Part shown: piece after piece, positions 27,756 to 37,942 of the stretch
Layout: the number at the start of each line of letters is the position of its first letter
Numbering within the stretch: position 1 is the stretch's first letter
Origin: a virus
Virus record (IMG/VR): IMGVR_UViG_3300025131_009739
Location: 1-64,000 of that record
DNA length: 64,000 bases
Strand: one strand, 5' to 3'
Notes under the pieces: generated by a model
The model's input: the letters and a program-made list of their open reading frames with translations, nothing else
What the model was told of the DNA's origin: nothing
The model's database searches: none
Made by a program: the position numbers and the translations under genes

Positions 27756-30032
27756 CTACTTTGTTTGTCTCGCTAATCCTAGATTAAGTTTTTTACCAGT
27801 GTCATTATTAAGAGAATATATCGTTCCATTTGGGTGGTCGAAAAGAACACTCCCTAGTTCTCTTTCGTTGAGTTTTAATACTACTTGTCCCCCTCCTCCG
27901 CCTCCTCCGGTGGCGCCGGCAACTCCTGCTTCTTTTAGAGCCTCAACAATAGCAATAGTTATCGGCTTCATCAGCATGGCGATGCCGGTATAGGCGATAT
28001 CGCCAAGGGCTCCGCCAGCACCGCCTCCGCCCGAGGTCGGTTCCATTTCGATCTTTGCAAGATCTTCATTGGCTTGTCGTGCCGTTGCTTCAAAAATGCT
28101 TTCAGTACCACTGTGATTTAATGGGCTCGTAGAGTCTTCGGCAGGTGAAGAATGAGCCCATTGGGATCGCACTTGTTTCAAAGCTTTCTTGTGAGCATCC
28201 GCATCTACCATGCCCATAGCATTACCAACTTTTTCGCCGGCGGCTTCGGCTTCGTTCCCCCACCATCCAAAGTATTCACCCAGCTTTTTCACGGCCCAAA
28301 TTAGGCCCGTGAGGATGGTCAAGACTACGCCGAAGCCTGCGAGTTTCATAGCGAACCCAACGGCGGTTGTGCCGGCGGCGACAGTGGCGAGAGCGGTACC
28401 CATGGTCCACAACATAGGAATTATAGTAAACACAAGGGTCTTAAACACACCAAATTTAAGTCCAAGTCCACCAAGAAGCATTGTCCAAAAGAAAATCTGT
28501 TTCCCACCTTCGCTCATCCCACTAACAAACCCTGTGAATGAGCTTACAGCATCTGTCACTGATTCAATAAACGGTTTCATTTCTATGACAAGCCCCATAA
28601 AGGCAAGCCTGAGTTCCTCCGCCATCGTCATTGCTTTCTTTGTCATATCAGCTAGATTCTTTTCTTTCTTTGCTGCTATTTCTGCTTCTTTTTGTATCTT
28701 TTTATACTCCGATGCGGTGGAACCAAGAAATTTAGTCGCTTCTGCCTGATCGGTGATTCCTGCTGCAGCCATAATACTCATTCGCGCATGATGACCTAAG
28801 TTTTTAAACACTGTTCCGGACTGCTTAAGGCTGGCTCTAACTGCCTCTATCCTTTCATCCTCGGCCATCATGACCATCTGAACACTGTTCAGATATGGCC
28901 CACCTAATATACCATTTAACCTTGCAACAGAATCAGCGGAACTTTCAAATGTGTCAAACTTCTCTGCCACTCCCAACAATGTATCCATTGAGGCACCAGT
29001 AGCTCGAACTTGAGCTTGCAAGTTAACAAATATCTTTTCCATTTGTGGTCCGCGAGATGCTAGTTGTTTTGAAGCCGTAACAAATTCTGAATAGAATTGA
29101 TTCAGAGGAACGTCTAATGTCTCTGCCACCTTAGCAAATTTCTTTAACTCTGCTGTGCCTTTCTTGCCTAAAACTTTAGTAAAAACGTCAAAGGCTGCAG
29201 CCGTAGTGTTTGCACTTACTCCTGCTATTTCAAGTTTTGCAACCGTATCTATTATTTCCTGTCGATAACCTCCAGTAGCATTCTTAAATTCTACCGAAGA
29301 AGCGATCAAAGCTTCAGAAGCCTTATAGGCTGCTTCCATGCCAAGCCCTTGTTGTCTTAAAGCTTCGCTAGCTTCCAGTACCGAACTTGACATTTCGTCG
29401 CTAGCTTGTGTAGATTTATGAAAACCGGCCACCAGCTGATCTTGTTGTTTGATAATGTCTTCCACCCATTCAACCGCAAAGCCCGCCATATAATCACCGA
29501 GGTTCTTCATATACTTCTCAATGATCGGGCCTTTTTTCTCTCCTTTTGCCAGCAACAACTCAAAATCTTTCTGAACCTTCTTTAATTTTGTCCCTATGTT
29601 GAAAAGTCCGCCAGACCACGTTTGAGTAAATTTCATACCAAATCCAGTTAGTTTTGAAACTTTATTGGCCCAATTATCAAATTCGCCGGCGCCGTCCTTT
29701 AGTAAATCTATTTCTTTTTCAAGCCCTACAATGCGATCTAATCTGGCTTTAAGATCTTCTCTCTGAGCTTGTACGGCATTCAATATTGCGATTCGTTGCT
29801 CTTCGGTTTTCCCGATCAATTGAGTTCTTAAATCAATTTCCGTCTGCGATTGCTGAATCTGTTCCTCGGTAAGCTTGCCCGCTAATCTCTGGACATTGAG
29901 CTTCTTCTGCATTGTATCCAGGGCGTTGCGCATCTCGTCTTTGTTGGCTATAGTAGCTTTTGTGAGCCGCTCCATAAGCTTAACTTCTTCAAGCTGTCTT
30001 TTTAGTTTTTGTTCTCCAGTTTCTTGAGCCAC
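27756..30032 (-). CDS. Tape measure protein
   Basis: 758 aa Ala/Lys/Glu helical protein with hydrophobic TM-like segment and FDTFESSAD..ARLN.ILG motif; canonical position. Confidence 0.78.
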   Translation of the reverse strand: MAQETGEQKLKRQLEEVKLMERLTKATIANKDEMRNALDTMQKKLNVQRLAGKLTEEQIQQSQTEIDLRTQLIGKTEEQRIAILNAVQAQREDLKARLDRIVGLEKEIDLLKDGAGEFDNWANKVSKLTGFGMKFTQTWSGGLFNIGTKLKKVQKDFELLLAKGEKKGPIIEKYMKNLGDYMAGFAVEWVEDIIKQQDQLVAGFHKSTQASDEMSSSVLEASEALRQQGLGMEAAYKASEALIASSVEFKNATGGYRQEIIDTVAKLEIAGVSANTTAAAFDVFTKVLGKKGTAELKKFAKVAETLDVPLNQFYSEFVTASKQLASRGPQMEKIFVNLQAQVRATGASMDTLLGVAEKFDTFESSADSVARLNGILGGPYLNSVQMVMMAEDERIEAVRASLKQSGTVFKNLGHHARMSIMAAAGITDQAEATKFLGSTASEYKKIQKEAEIAAKKEKNLADMTKKAMTMAEELRLAFMGLVIEMKPFIESVTDAVSSFTGFVSGMSEGGKQIFFWTMLLGGLGLKFGVFKTLVFTIIPMLWTMGTALATVAAGTTAVGFAMKLAGFGVVLTILTGLIWAVKKLGEYFGWWGNEAEAAGEKVGNAMGMVDADAHKKALKQVRSQWAHSSPAEDSTSPLNHSGTESIFEATARQANEDLAKIEMEPTSGGGGAGGALGDIAYTGIAMLMKPITIAIVEALKEAGVAGATGGGGGGGQVVLKLNERELGSVLFDHPNGTIYSLNNDTGKKLNLGLARQTK

Positions 30033-30044
30033 TTAAATTATCTC

Positions 30045-30371
30045 CTATTTAAATGGCCATTTTAAGCCAGATGAAACCTCAAACTTTCTTACTGCGCTAT
30101 CTAAAGCGTGTTTTGAAGCAAAAGTCGATGGGTTGTTTAAACCATTTTTCATATATGTTTGCATATATTTTTTTTCTGAGCCGAGTGCGCCCATGAATGC
30201 TTCAATTTGAGAGCGTTCTCCACGAACTCTTAAAGTGTTGCCAAAAAATCCTGGTGCAAACAGCCTTTCTAAAGCATGTTTAATGAGGGCGCCATAATGT
30301 AATAATGTTCCTTCATTTAGTTGACCATTTTTTGCAGCATTTAAATCTAATATTTTATCTTGAAGATCCAT
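30045..30371 (-). CDS. Hypothetical tail-region protein
   Basis: 108-aa ORF with GAGGAG RBS and upstream late motif. Confidence 0.7.
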   Translation of the reverse strand: MDLQDKILDLNAAKNGQLNEGTLLHYGALIKHALERLFAPGFFGNTLRVRGERSQIEAFMGALGSEKKYMQTYMKNGLNNPSTFASKHALDSAVRKFEVSSGLKWPFK

Positions 30372-30394
30372 TGGTGCGCTCCTCGACTAATAAT

Positions 30395-30404
30395 TATAAA
30401 TAGT
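30395..30404 (-). promoter_or_regulatory. Putative late promoter motif ACTATTTATA
   Basis: Intergenic, upstream of the tape-measure operon. Confidence 0.65.
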
Positions 30405-30429
30405 TCTTTAAAACGAAATTGTGAATAAA

Positions 30430-30619
30430 TTAACGCTTGTTAGCCTTTTCCATTTGAGTACGTTCGTTTTCAAGTTGCTTTAAAAGTCTCTTGGCAAACC
30501 AATTTCGTATTTTAACAGGCAAACTATATGCCTCGGTGAAGCTCCAGCCACCGTGATACTTCAAAAAGAAGAACATTTCATAAACCTGTCCTATGTATTT
30601 TTCACTTAGGCCAAAAAAA
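30430..30619 (-). CDS. Tail assembly chaperone C-terminal extension (probable frameshift product)
   Basis: FFGLSEKYIGQVYEMFFFLKYHGGWSFTEAYSLPVKIRNWF..RL; overlaps the 3' end of 30602..31459 across a T7 run. Confidence 0.7.
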
Positions 30620-31459
30620 CGCAGTTGTAAATGGGACATCGATGACTGAGGTAGCATTACACCCCGGACAAACAAAGTCGCACTCCATTTTAACATTTGG
30701 AGTTATTTCTGCGTAAACTCTTCTTAAATACCTTGAATCATATGCGAGCATATTATTTACAAAAGAACTAACAGTTTCCCTTTTCCCATCTCCGTTGACT
30801 GATATAATGAATAATTTCATTTGATCTGTCAAAACAGATTCTGGTAAATTATGTTTCTTTTTGCTCTCGCTTGAAAGTAAGAAATTCTTTTCGTCTCTTC
30901 CTGTCAATAGTTTGACTTCAACATTCACTTCAGAACGTGGCAGATGGATAATAAATGTATTGTTCTGTGTCTTTTCAATGTTTAAATCCTCTAACAGAGT
31001 TTTCTCAAGCTTGTTCACCTGTAAACCAGATAAATCAACTGCGTGTGAATTTGTTTCGGAGCAAGAAGGACACGCTAATGATACCTCATATTCTTCTCCA
31101 TAACCCGTGATCCTAGCAGCGACCACAAGTGCATTTTTATCACCAACATATAAGTCATCTACTTTGATTGTCTTATCAACTATTACATTCTGTAGAAGAC
31201 GATCAATAGCAACTCCTTTTTTCAAAAGAGTCTGAGAAGTTAATATATCTTCATCTTTCGCCGTCATGTAGCGAATTTCAATTGAATCCTGGTTATGTAA
31301 AGGGTGGCCTTCCGGATAGAATAGACCACCAGTTGGTAAATCAACAAATTCAGTTGGGGTCACAAAGGAAAAACCATCTGTTTTGTTTAGTTGTTCTACG
31401 GGTGCGTCTGCGTCGGGATTTGAGACCCCGAGGCGCGCTTCATTATTTCTAGCTGACAT
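30602..31459 (-). CDS. Tail assembly chaperone / T4 gp26-like hub assembly protein
   Basis: VDLPTGG.FYP, YMTAKDEDIL, GDKNAL..AARITGYG, two CxxC motifs, ends FFWPK. Confidence 0.8.
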   Translation of the reverse strand: MSARNNEARLGVSNPDADAPVEQLNKTDGFSFVTPTEFVDLPTGGLFYPEGHPLHNQDSIEIRYMTAKDEDILTSQTLLKKGVAIDRLLQNVIVDKTIKVDDLYVGDKNALVVAARITGYGEEYEVSLACPSCSETNSHAVDLSGLQVNKLEKTLLEDLNIEKTQNNTFIIHLPRSEVNVEVKLLTGRDEKNFLLSSESKKKHNLPESVLTDQMKLFIISVNGDGKRETVSSFVNNMLAYDSRYLRRVYAEITPNVKMECDFVCPGCNATSVIDVPFTTAFFWPK

Positions 31460-31472
31460 TTATACCTCTTTT

Positions 31473-31985
31473 TTAATGTATTGTAGCATAATCGTATTGT
31501 ACTGTTATGGTAATTTCTACCATATCATCACTTGTATAATCTAAATCTCCAAACTTAATGGCTTGTATCCATGGGTTCCAGAGCTTAAAGGTTTCAATTT
31601 CCGAGTTATTAGCTCCAAGTTGTTGTATTCTTAACTGGCCGTTCAAGGCACCAACTGAGTCTCTTTTCGACATGGTAAAAGGGGCGCCGTCTTCAGTAAC
31701 TGAAGGTTCTCTGTAGCCGCCGCGAGTTAAAGTCCTGTATAATTCTTTACCCACAAAAGGATCAACCGGGTCGACTAGAGTTATATCGATAGGCTCCCAT
31801 GTAACAACACCAGGATAATAGAATTTATGTCCAAAGAACATATGTTCTGCTGCGTTAACTGAAAATGCCGGCTTCCCTGCTGTCTTTATAACATAAGCAG
31901 GAATATCTGTACCACCTAAGTACAACAACCATCTATGTTTTCTTTTTGGTTCTAAAGCACTATTTGCCCAAAATTTTTCTGCCAT
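31473..31985 (-). CDS. Tail tube protein (gp19-like)
   Basis: EPKRKHRW, YYPG..TWEPI.ITL.D, FGDLDY...VEITITVQYD; directly after the sheath gene. Confidence 0.88.
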   Translation of the reverse strand: MAEKFWANSALEPKRKHRWLLYLGGTDIPAYVIKTAGKPAFSVNAAEHMFFGHKFYYPGVVTWEPIDITLVDPVDPFVGKELYRTLTRGGYREPSVTEDGAPFTMSKRDSVGALNGQLRIQQLGANNSEIETFKLWNPWIQAIKFGDLDYTSDDMVEITITVQYDYATIH

Positions 31986-32009
31986 TTTTTTATTATTCTC
32001 CCTCTATAA

Positions 32010-32019
32010 TATAAGTAGT
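32010..32019 (-). promoter_or_regulatory. Putative late promoter motif ACTACTTATA
   Basis: Intergenic, upstream of the tail tube gene. Confidence 0.62.
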
Positions 32020-32042
32020 AAAATGTTTAAAAAATAATTTTT

Positions 32043-35000
32043 TTAATCATCAAATGCAGCTCCAGTATCGGTAATAATGAAATCAAGAGCAATGAATTCA
32101 ATAGCTCTTGCAGGCTTCAAAAACACCTTAGCATATAGAATATTTCTATCAACCATCTCTGGCGTTGTCGTAGACTCATCAAGTACTACTTTGAAATCTG
32201 TAAGACCAAACCCGGCTTTAATATCATTAAGGAAAGTTTCAACTTGAGAACTGAACTTATTCCAAGTTGAACGCACATTTTGCTCAAACAATGTCAATGC
32301 CGCGATTCTAGAAATTTGCTTCTTCGTGTGAATCAACAATCGACGAACATTAATTCTGTCCAAAGCTGATGGAGTGACCTGAAGCGTTTTCTGGCCAAAT
32401 ATTACAATTCCTTCCGCTGGGAATGAAGCAATTGGATTAACGTTTGCAGAATAAAGTCTATCTCTATCTTGAGAAGTAAGATGTTGACGAACACCTACAA
32501 CATTAAGACCAGAAGCCCCCATAGTCAACCCGCCTCTTGTAAATCCAGCAGGAGCAAACCAAAGTGCTCTTTCTGCTTCACTGAAGGACATTACTCCAAG
32601 AGCAACAACAGAAGGAGGCATCCAAAGAATGGCGTTTGAGAGAGAATCTCTAACTTGTACCCATGGATAGTAAGCGCAACCATAGCTGGTGTTCAAATTT
32701 CTATTTTTCATGGTTGTTACAGCCTGATCAACGTTGCCGCGGCGAGCTGATTCAGCTGCGGTGCCTTCCGAATCGGCAACATGATCGTTTTTTATATCAA
32801 TAATTGCCAGGGCATCCCCGCGATTCTCGCATGTAAGCATCAAATGTGCTGTAAGGGCAGAATCTGTAAGACCAGGCATGGTGGCCAAATTATATTCCAC
32901 AGCCTCTGGGTCTTTAAGCGCGTCAATCGCACGATGAACTGTGTAAAATGCATAATTACTGGCTTCAGTTTTGCCCTCTAATAGCGAGTTTCTGAATGGT
33001 TCTTTCTCTGTAATATCTAAACCATCAAAACCATGAGCAAACACTGTAGTAAACCTATTGAATCGTTTAGTTTCAAGAAGGGTGCTTAAACTCCCGCTAC
33101 CATCGCTGTTGGCAGTAATCGATGTTCCAGCAGTACGACTGCCTGAAATATAATGCGCTCCGTGGCCGGTATCGCTACCACTTAAGTCTTCAAGGGTAAA
33201 CACCCACGCATCTTCAGTGTATGTTGAATCCGAATCAGGATTAAGAGCATTTGGTAGTAATCTAAGGACATCCTTAACGCTCGCATCATATTCAGTTGTA
33301 CCGCTTCTGTTTGTATCAGCTCCCCAATAAGCTTGTCGCGGAGAAGACAATCCGCCTTGAATTCCATGATGTCTCAAGGAAACTTTGGGGAAGAAAATCG
33401 AACCGGTGAACCACTTACCGGAACCTGCAACGCTGTGGGATCCGGTTGGGAACAATGCCCATTTCGCAGCTTGCGAGGCCTCAAAATGCCAGTCAATCGC
33501 ACCCGACATTAGAATGCCGTCACCTGCACCCTGAGCGAAAATCTTTGAGGCGTTGAAATGCGTAGTGGTGTCCATGGCTGCTTTGCGAATGTGGCCAAAT
33601 GCGCCACCCGGGGTGCCCCCGGCGCCCTGCTCGGCTGACCCGCTGAAAGACTTCACGCTTTTTGGTCTTTTATGGCCAAAAACTCCAACGGGGATAAACG
33701 TTGGATCCGTTGCGCCACGATCTACATCAACATTCATGTCGACATAAACAAATTTAGACATATTGGGATAGGCGCCAAATCTTTTCCATCTTCTTTCATC
33801 GTCATCCCAAGTTCGAAATTGATTACCAATTTTTCTTGCGACATAAGTGGGGGAATTAGGGTTCAAAGTACAATTTGAAAATATTTCAACAAATTGTGGC
33901 GCGTTATCAGTGTCGTCCAACTTTCGTATAGCAACTGTAAATGAACCATAAGGATCTTGCTTGTTTGTAGCAGGCTTAAGATCTTGAATTGAGACTTTAA
34001 GATTATTCTGGAGCCATTCTCCGCCGTCTAACCCTTTAAGTCTAAAAAGTTTTTGCATATTTTCAGGTTGATAAACGGCGTAGGCGCCCAGATCTTGTGA
34101 AATGAACCACCCGGTGCCGCCATGGGTAACTCCGTTAGAATCCACCATACCTATAAGGTTATTCCCCCATTTGTTGGCGCCGTCGTCTCTGCTATCTAAC
34201 CCAAGAATGATACCCTGGCTTGTGAGACCAGAAGCAAATAATTCCTCTCTATTTTGATCGAACGTTTCGCCCAGGAAATATCCTTTTGTGCTTGTTGTAA
34301 TGGTATCATTAACAAGTGTTGGGTTTGTGTTGAAAACGTTTCTAATATATCTTTCACTATTTCTATTAAAATTGAATGTAACTTTTTCTCCAACATCAGC
34401 CTGTAAAGCAGAACCGCTTCTGATAAGAGCTGTAAATTCATCGCTTCCATTTGAACCCGTGTTAATAAATATTGCCGACCCTGTGAATACAGTAGAGCCG
34501 GAATGTGGTACTGTTCCGGAAAGTTCAATACTCGTTTGATCGTTTAAATACCAAACTGCGGCCAACGAACCCGTTGAGTGACCAGAGGTGAGGCTAGTAT
34601 GTGGACTTGACCACGAATCAAAAAGAAATAATCCATAAGCACCGTTATTGGTGCCAACTGTTTTGGTCTTGGCATTTGCGCCCATGTCCCAACCGGCTTG
34701 ACCGGTGGAGTTTGCCGCGGCTTTAGAATTTTGAACACCAAGAAGCCTCACAACATTTAACGGTTGATTATTCCTCAACCAAGCTTGTGCAGCATATGCA
34801 GCATATGTAGGCGCAGTTTTGTTTCCTTCTCGCCAAACATCTCCTCCTTGGCCGCCAGGAACAGGCTCTCCAAAAATATCAACAAATTCTGAAAAAGAAT
34901 CTACCTGTACTGGCCTCATCGCGGGGCCGCGTTGCAATCGCCCAATAACAACTGGACCAATATCTCCGCCAACATTTGTACGTCGTGTATTATCAATCTC

Positions 35001-35048
35001 ATCAATAAAAACACCTGGTGAAACAAATTTAAATTTCTTAGCTGTCAT
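32043..35048 (-). CDS. Contractile tail sheath protein (gp18-like)
   Basis: FVSPGVFIDEID, YYPWV, WFAPAGFTRG, GQKTLQ..SALDRINVRRLL, KPARAIEFI. Confidence 0.95.
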   Translation of the reverse strand: MTAKKFKFVSPGVFIDEIDNTRRTNVGGDIGPVVIGRLQRGPAMRPVQVDSFSEFVDIFGEPVPGGQGGDVWREGNKTAPTYAAYAAQAWLRNNQPLNVVRLLGVQNSKAAANSTGQAGWDMGANAKTKTVGTNNGAYGLFLFDSWSSPHTSLTSGHSTGSLAAVWYLNDQTSIELSGTVPHSGSTVFTGSAIFINTGSNGSDEFTALIRSGSALQADVGEKVTFNFNRNSERYIRNVFNTNPTLVNDTITTSTKGYFLGETFDQNREELFASGLTSQGIILGLDSRDDGANKWGNNLIGMVDSNGVTHGGTGWFISQDLGAYAVYQPENMQKLFRLKGLDGGEWLQNNLKVSIQDLKPATNKQDPYGSFTVAIRKLDDTDNAPQFVEIFSNCTLNPNSPTYVARKIGNQFRTWDDDERRWKRFGAYPNMSKFVYVDMNVDVDRGATDPTFIPVGVFGHKRPKSVKSFSGSAEQGAGGTPGGAFGHIRKAAMDTTTHFNASKIFAQGAGDGILMSGAIDWHFEASQAAKWALFPTGSHSVAGSGKWFTGSIFFPKVSLRHHGIQGGLSSPRQAYWGADTNRSGTTEYDASVKDVLRLLPNALNPDSDSTYTEDAWVFTLEDLSGSDTGHGAHYISGSRTAGTSITANSDGSGSLSTLLETKRFNRFTTVFAHGFDGLDITEKEPFRNSLLEGKTEASNYAFYTVHRAIDALKDPEAVEYNLATMPGLTDSALTAHLMLTCENRGDALAIIDIKNDHVADSEGTAAESARRGNVDQAVTTMKNRNLNTSYGCAYYPWVQVRDSLSNAILWMPPSVVALGVMSFSEAERALWFAPAGFTRGGLTMGASGLNVVGVRQHLTSQDRDRLYSANVNPIASFPAEGIVIFGQKTLQVTPSALDRINVRRLLIHTKKQISRIAALTLFEQNVRSTWNKFSSQVETFLNDIKAGFGLTDFKVVLDESTTTPEMVDRNILYAKVFLKPARAIEFIALDFIITDTGAAFDD

Positions 35049-35091
35049 GTTTTACGTTCTCCTCTAGGACACAATTGTAAATGAATTCTTT

Positions 35092-35101
35092 AATAAATAG
35101 T
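35092..35101 (-). promoter_or_regulatory. Putative late promoter motif ACTATTTATT
   Basis: Intergenic, upstream of the sheath gene. Confidence 0.65.
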
Positions 35102-35124
35102 TTGTGGAAGACTGAAAATCCATC

Positions 35125-35991
35125 TTAATCTCGATAAAATCCCCGCTTGTCAATATGCTCTGGGATATCTCCGACAATAACACGTTCTCTCGGTGTTTTA
35201 ACCTCAACTGCGTTCTCTCTTATAACTATTTTTGGTTGTTCTTGATTTTTCCCTTCACCGATAAGATACCCCAATACTTTAATCTCAACTTTAGTTTGAT
35301 ACATTCTTTCATCAGTCTCTAAAGAAGAGACATTATTTTCTTGAGAAAAGTCTTGTTGTATAAAACTTTCATATCTATGGTCGTCTTTTGTTAAAAGAAA
35401 ATAATTAATGCCACCAGTCTTTGTAATGAACGGAGTTATCATCTCGTTCATTTGTTGTTGGTATTCAGATCTTAGCGTAATAGCATATGTTATATCAATA
35501 TACACTGGTATTGGTATTGATATTGATTGATAAACAACCTTTTTGTTCTTTGTTGGAAAATTATTTTGCCCTCGCGATCTAAAAGAATCTGCGTTGGCAA
35601 AGTTTTTTGTTTTATCTTGATTTATCCTACGTGCAATTGTTATTGAGCCGCCTTTTTCGTCAGAAACTGGGGGAATATGCCCATAAAATATACCTTTTTT
35701 TGCCGGATCTTTAACTACTGAAGTTCTTTCGACGGTAATAACCGGCAATATAATAGAACCAGAAATACTCCTTATTTCTGATCTATTTTTTGTTTGGTGA
35801 ACTCTTTCTGATGCTACCCAAATTACTTCTGTTTTTTTCCAACCTTTGTTTGTTGTAGAATATATATTTAGATTGTTATCGATATGCTCATACATTGCCG
35901 TATCAATAGTTTCTAAAGTGGATGGTGTAATTATTCTTTCTTCAACTATGCTAGGGTCTGCAATGCCTGTATGTTTATGTCTAGTTGGCAT
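35125..35991 (-). CDS. Tail terminator / sheath stabiliser (gp15-like)
   Basis: ILPVITVER, PVYIDITYAITL...QQMNEM; between neck and sheath genes; start by TAATG overlap. Confidence 0.65.
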   Translation of the reverse strand: MPTRHKHTGIADPSIVEERIITPSTLETIDTAMYEHIDNNLNIYSTTNKGWKKTEVIWVASERVHQTKNRSEIRSISGSIILPVITVERTSVVKDPAKKGIFYGHIPPVSDEKGGSITIARRINQDKTKNFANADSFRSRGQNNFPTKNKKVVYQSISIPIPVYIDITYAITLRSEYQQQMNEMITPFITKTGGINYFLLTKDDHRYESFIQQDFSQENNVSSLETDERMYQTKVEIKVLGYLIGEGKNQEQPKIVIRENAVEVKTPRERVIVGDIPEHIDKRGFYRD

Positions 35992-36479
35992 TAGAAAAGC
36001 CCCTCGCGAGCACGTATGCATTTAGCAGTTATTTCCATTCTATTGTTAATTTGGCCAAATAGTTGTTTTGGTTCGTTCAGGGAAACAATCTCATAATGAA
36101 TCTCGCCATACAGAACAAAATCTCCCTCTCTTACAAATAAATTTTGGTCTTCAGTTAATCTTCTCTTATGAAAATGAACGATTATCGAACTTTGTTTGTC
36201 AACACCAACATTGCTCATCCAAGCTGTTTCTAAATTTTCCCATTCTACTAAAGCGTAAACTCTTATTGGAGGCAAAAATGTCTTCTCAATCGCTTCTCCG
36301 TATAATGAATGAAAATTGGTGTGTTCTATGCTTATAGGATAATATAAAATTTGTTGGCCTATAACTCTTTCAACAAGCTCATCATTAACCTGCTTTACTA
36401 GATCGCGTTCCTTTTTTCCAACAAACAATGGTGGAGGAGGCTGAGTTGGTTGAGACCATTTATTTTTTTCGCTAGCCAT
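35991..36479 (-). CDS. Head closure / neck protein (gp14-like)
   Basis: GQQILYY, LYGE, VREGDFV; position after the gp13-like gene. Confidence 0.7.
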   Translation of the reverse strand: MASEKNKWSQPTQPPPPLFVGKKERDLVKQVNDELVERVIGQQILYYPISIEHTNFHSLYGEAIEKTFLPPIRVYALVEWENLETAWMSNVGVDKQSSIIVHFHKRRLTEDQNLFVREGDFVLYGEIHYEIVSLNEPKQLFGQINNRMEITAKCIRAREGLF

Positions 36480-36488
36480 TTTTTAAAT

Positions 36489-37808
36489 TTATCCTACAAA
36501 TATTGTCATTGGAATTTTTTGTTGAACATTTTTAGTTGATTCAAGTATTGTAGCGTCTGTTTCTACTAGTTTGCTGTAAGTCAGTTCGTCAAGCGTAGTC
36601 TTTAGCTCCTCCCTTAACTTTTCTTGTTCGTCTTTTGCTTGAGATAGTAAGTCGCTCGCATTTAATGTTACAGATTCTCCTGGTATTGGGATGGTTTGAA
36701 ACTTGCCTCTAACCTGACCTAACATTTCCTTTGTTAAAGATAAAGCAAATCTACGAATCCACTGTTTACCAATAGAATTGATACTAGAATATGGTATATT
36801 TGCAAATGGAATTGTGTTCATATTGTTAATACCATCGGTACCCATGGTTCTATCATGATCTGCGTCATCCCATGCATCCTCATCTATTGTAAACTTAAAC
36901 CATATTTTAGTTGGCCCCACTTTGGCTGAAGGTGGGAAAAGTCTAAGTTGATTATTTTTTAATTCATAGGAATAATGCGAATTTCTTGTATAAATTGCGC
37001 TTTCAAATGCTTTAGACTGAAGCTTGTTTTGCCACACTGGAACGATTTGAAACTGAGAATCATCTGCCCATTGGCCATAAGTCTGAAGATTGCCAACTGT
37101 GTTTAGGCCTCCATAATACCCATAAAATCTCCACATTGCATGAGGTGTTTTATAATAAACTTGTCTAATTGTAATCTTTCTCTTGTCTGCTTTATTATAA
37201 AAAGGAAAATAATCATTATCTGAATCAACTGATGCAGAATAAATAATGGCTTGCAAATCATAATCCTGTTGACCTTGAGCAGTGCCAAATGAAGCTGAAT
37301 ATTCAAATTTATCCCCTCCGACTCCAATTTCGTTGCCGACACCTAGGCTAACTCGTTTTTCATATGAGAGTCTAAATCTAGAATATTTTAAAGCTGCCCC
37401 TGCTCCTGCATGTACAAACTCCCCATCTTCTACTTGTCCGTAAGACAGGCTGGAAGAAAGAGGAGAATTGTTCTTTAATTGACCTCGCCAATCGAAAGAG
37501 CCTGTTGTGTCTCCCAAAACACTTCCCAGAACATTCTTTGTTTGATGTATGTTAACAATATAAGAATATTCTAAAACAGATTCTTCATAAGCTGCGTAAA
37601 CATTTGAAGATGATAATTCAATATCTAATACATCTCCACCTAATTTTTTATAGGTATATGCGACTTGGGCTGCAGCGCCTTCTAAGAATTCAGCAGAGCC
37701 AGTGTACATGCCGAAAGGCACTACTGAAGATACATGGCCGGCGGTCCCAGTGGCCGGAAGCCTTACTGCGCTCGTCGTACTTGATGGTGATAAAGTTGGA
37801 ACTGCCAT
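36489..37808 (-). CDS. Head-tail adaptor / neck protein (gp13-like)
   Basis: KLGGDVLDIEL, QWIRRFAL..KEMLGQVRGKF..IPIPG..VTLN. Confidence 0.8.
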   Translation of the reverse strand: MAVPTLSPSSTTSAVRLPATGTAGHVSSVVPFGMYTGSAEFLEGAAAQVAYTYKKLGGDVLDIELSSSNVYAAYEESVLEYSYIVNIHQTKNVLGSVLGDTTGSFDWRGQLKNNSPLSSSLSYGQVEDGEFVHAGAGAALKYSRFRLSYEKRVSLGVGNEIGVGGDKFEYSASFGTAQGQQDYDLQAIIYSASVDSDNDYFPFYNKADKRKITIRQVYYKTPHAMWRFYGYYGGLNTVGNLQTYGQWADDSQFQIVPVWQNKLQSKAFESAIYTRNSHYSYELKNNQLRLFPPSAKVGPTKIWFKFTIDEDAWDDADHDRTMGTDGINNMNTIPFANIPYSSINSIGKQWIRRFALSLTKEMLGQVRGKFQTIPIPGESVTLNASDLLSQAKDEQEKLREELKTTLDELTYSKLVETDATILESTKNVQQKIPMTIFVG

Positions 37809-37831
37809 TCATTGGATTCTCCTGTACACAC

Positions 37832-37839
37832 TAAATAGT
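37832..37839 (-). promoter_or_regulatory. Putative late promoter motif ACTATTTA
   Basis: Between the MCP terminator and the neck gene. Confidence 0.65.
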
Positions 37840-37881
37840 TTGACATGAAAGTAAAATCCTTGATATAGGACATTCTTATAT

Positions 37882-37911
37882 AAAAAAGCCCCGGGCCGAA
37901 ACCCGGGGCTT
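37882..37911 (-). terminator. Rho-independent terminator after the major capsid gene
   Basis: AAGCCCCGGG-6 nt-CCCGGGGCTT stem followed by a U run on the minus strand. Confidence 0.88.
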
Positions 37912-37942
37912 AGATTAGTCTAACTTTTCGAAAAAAGCTATT

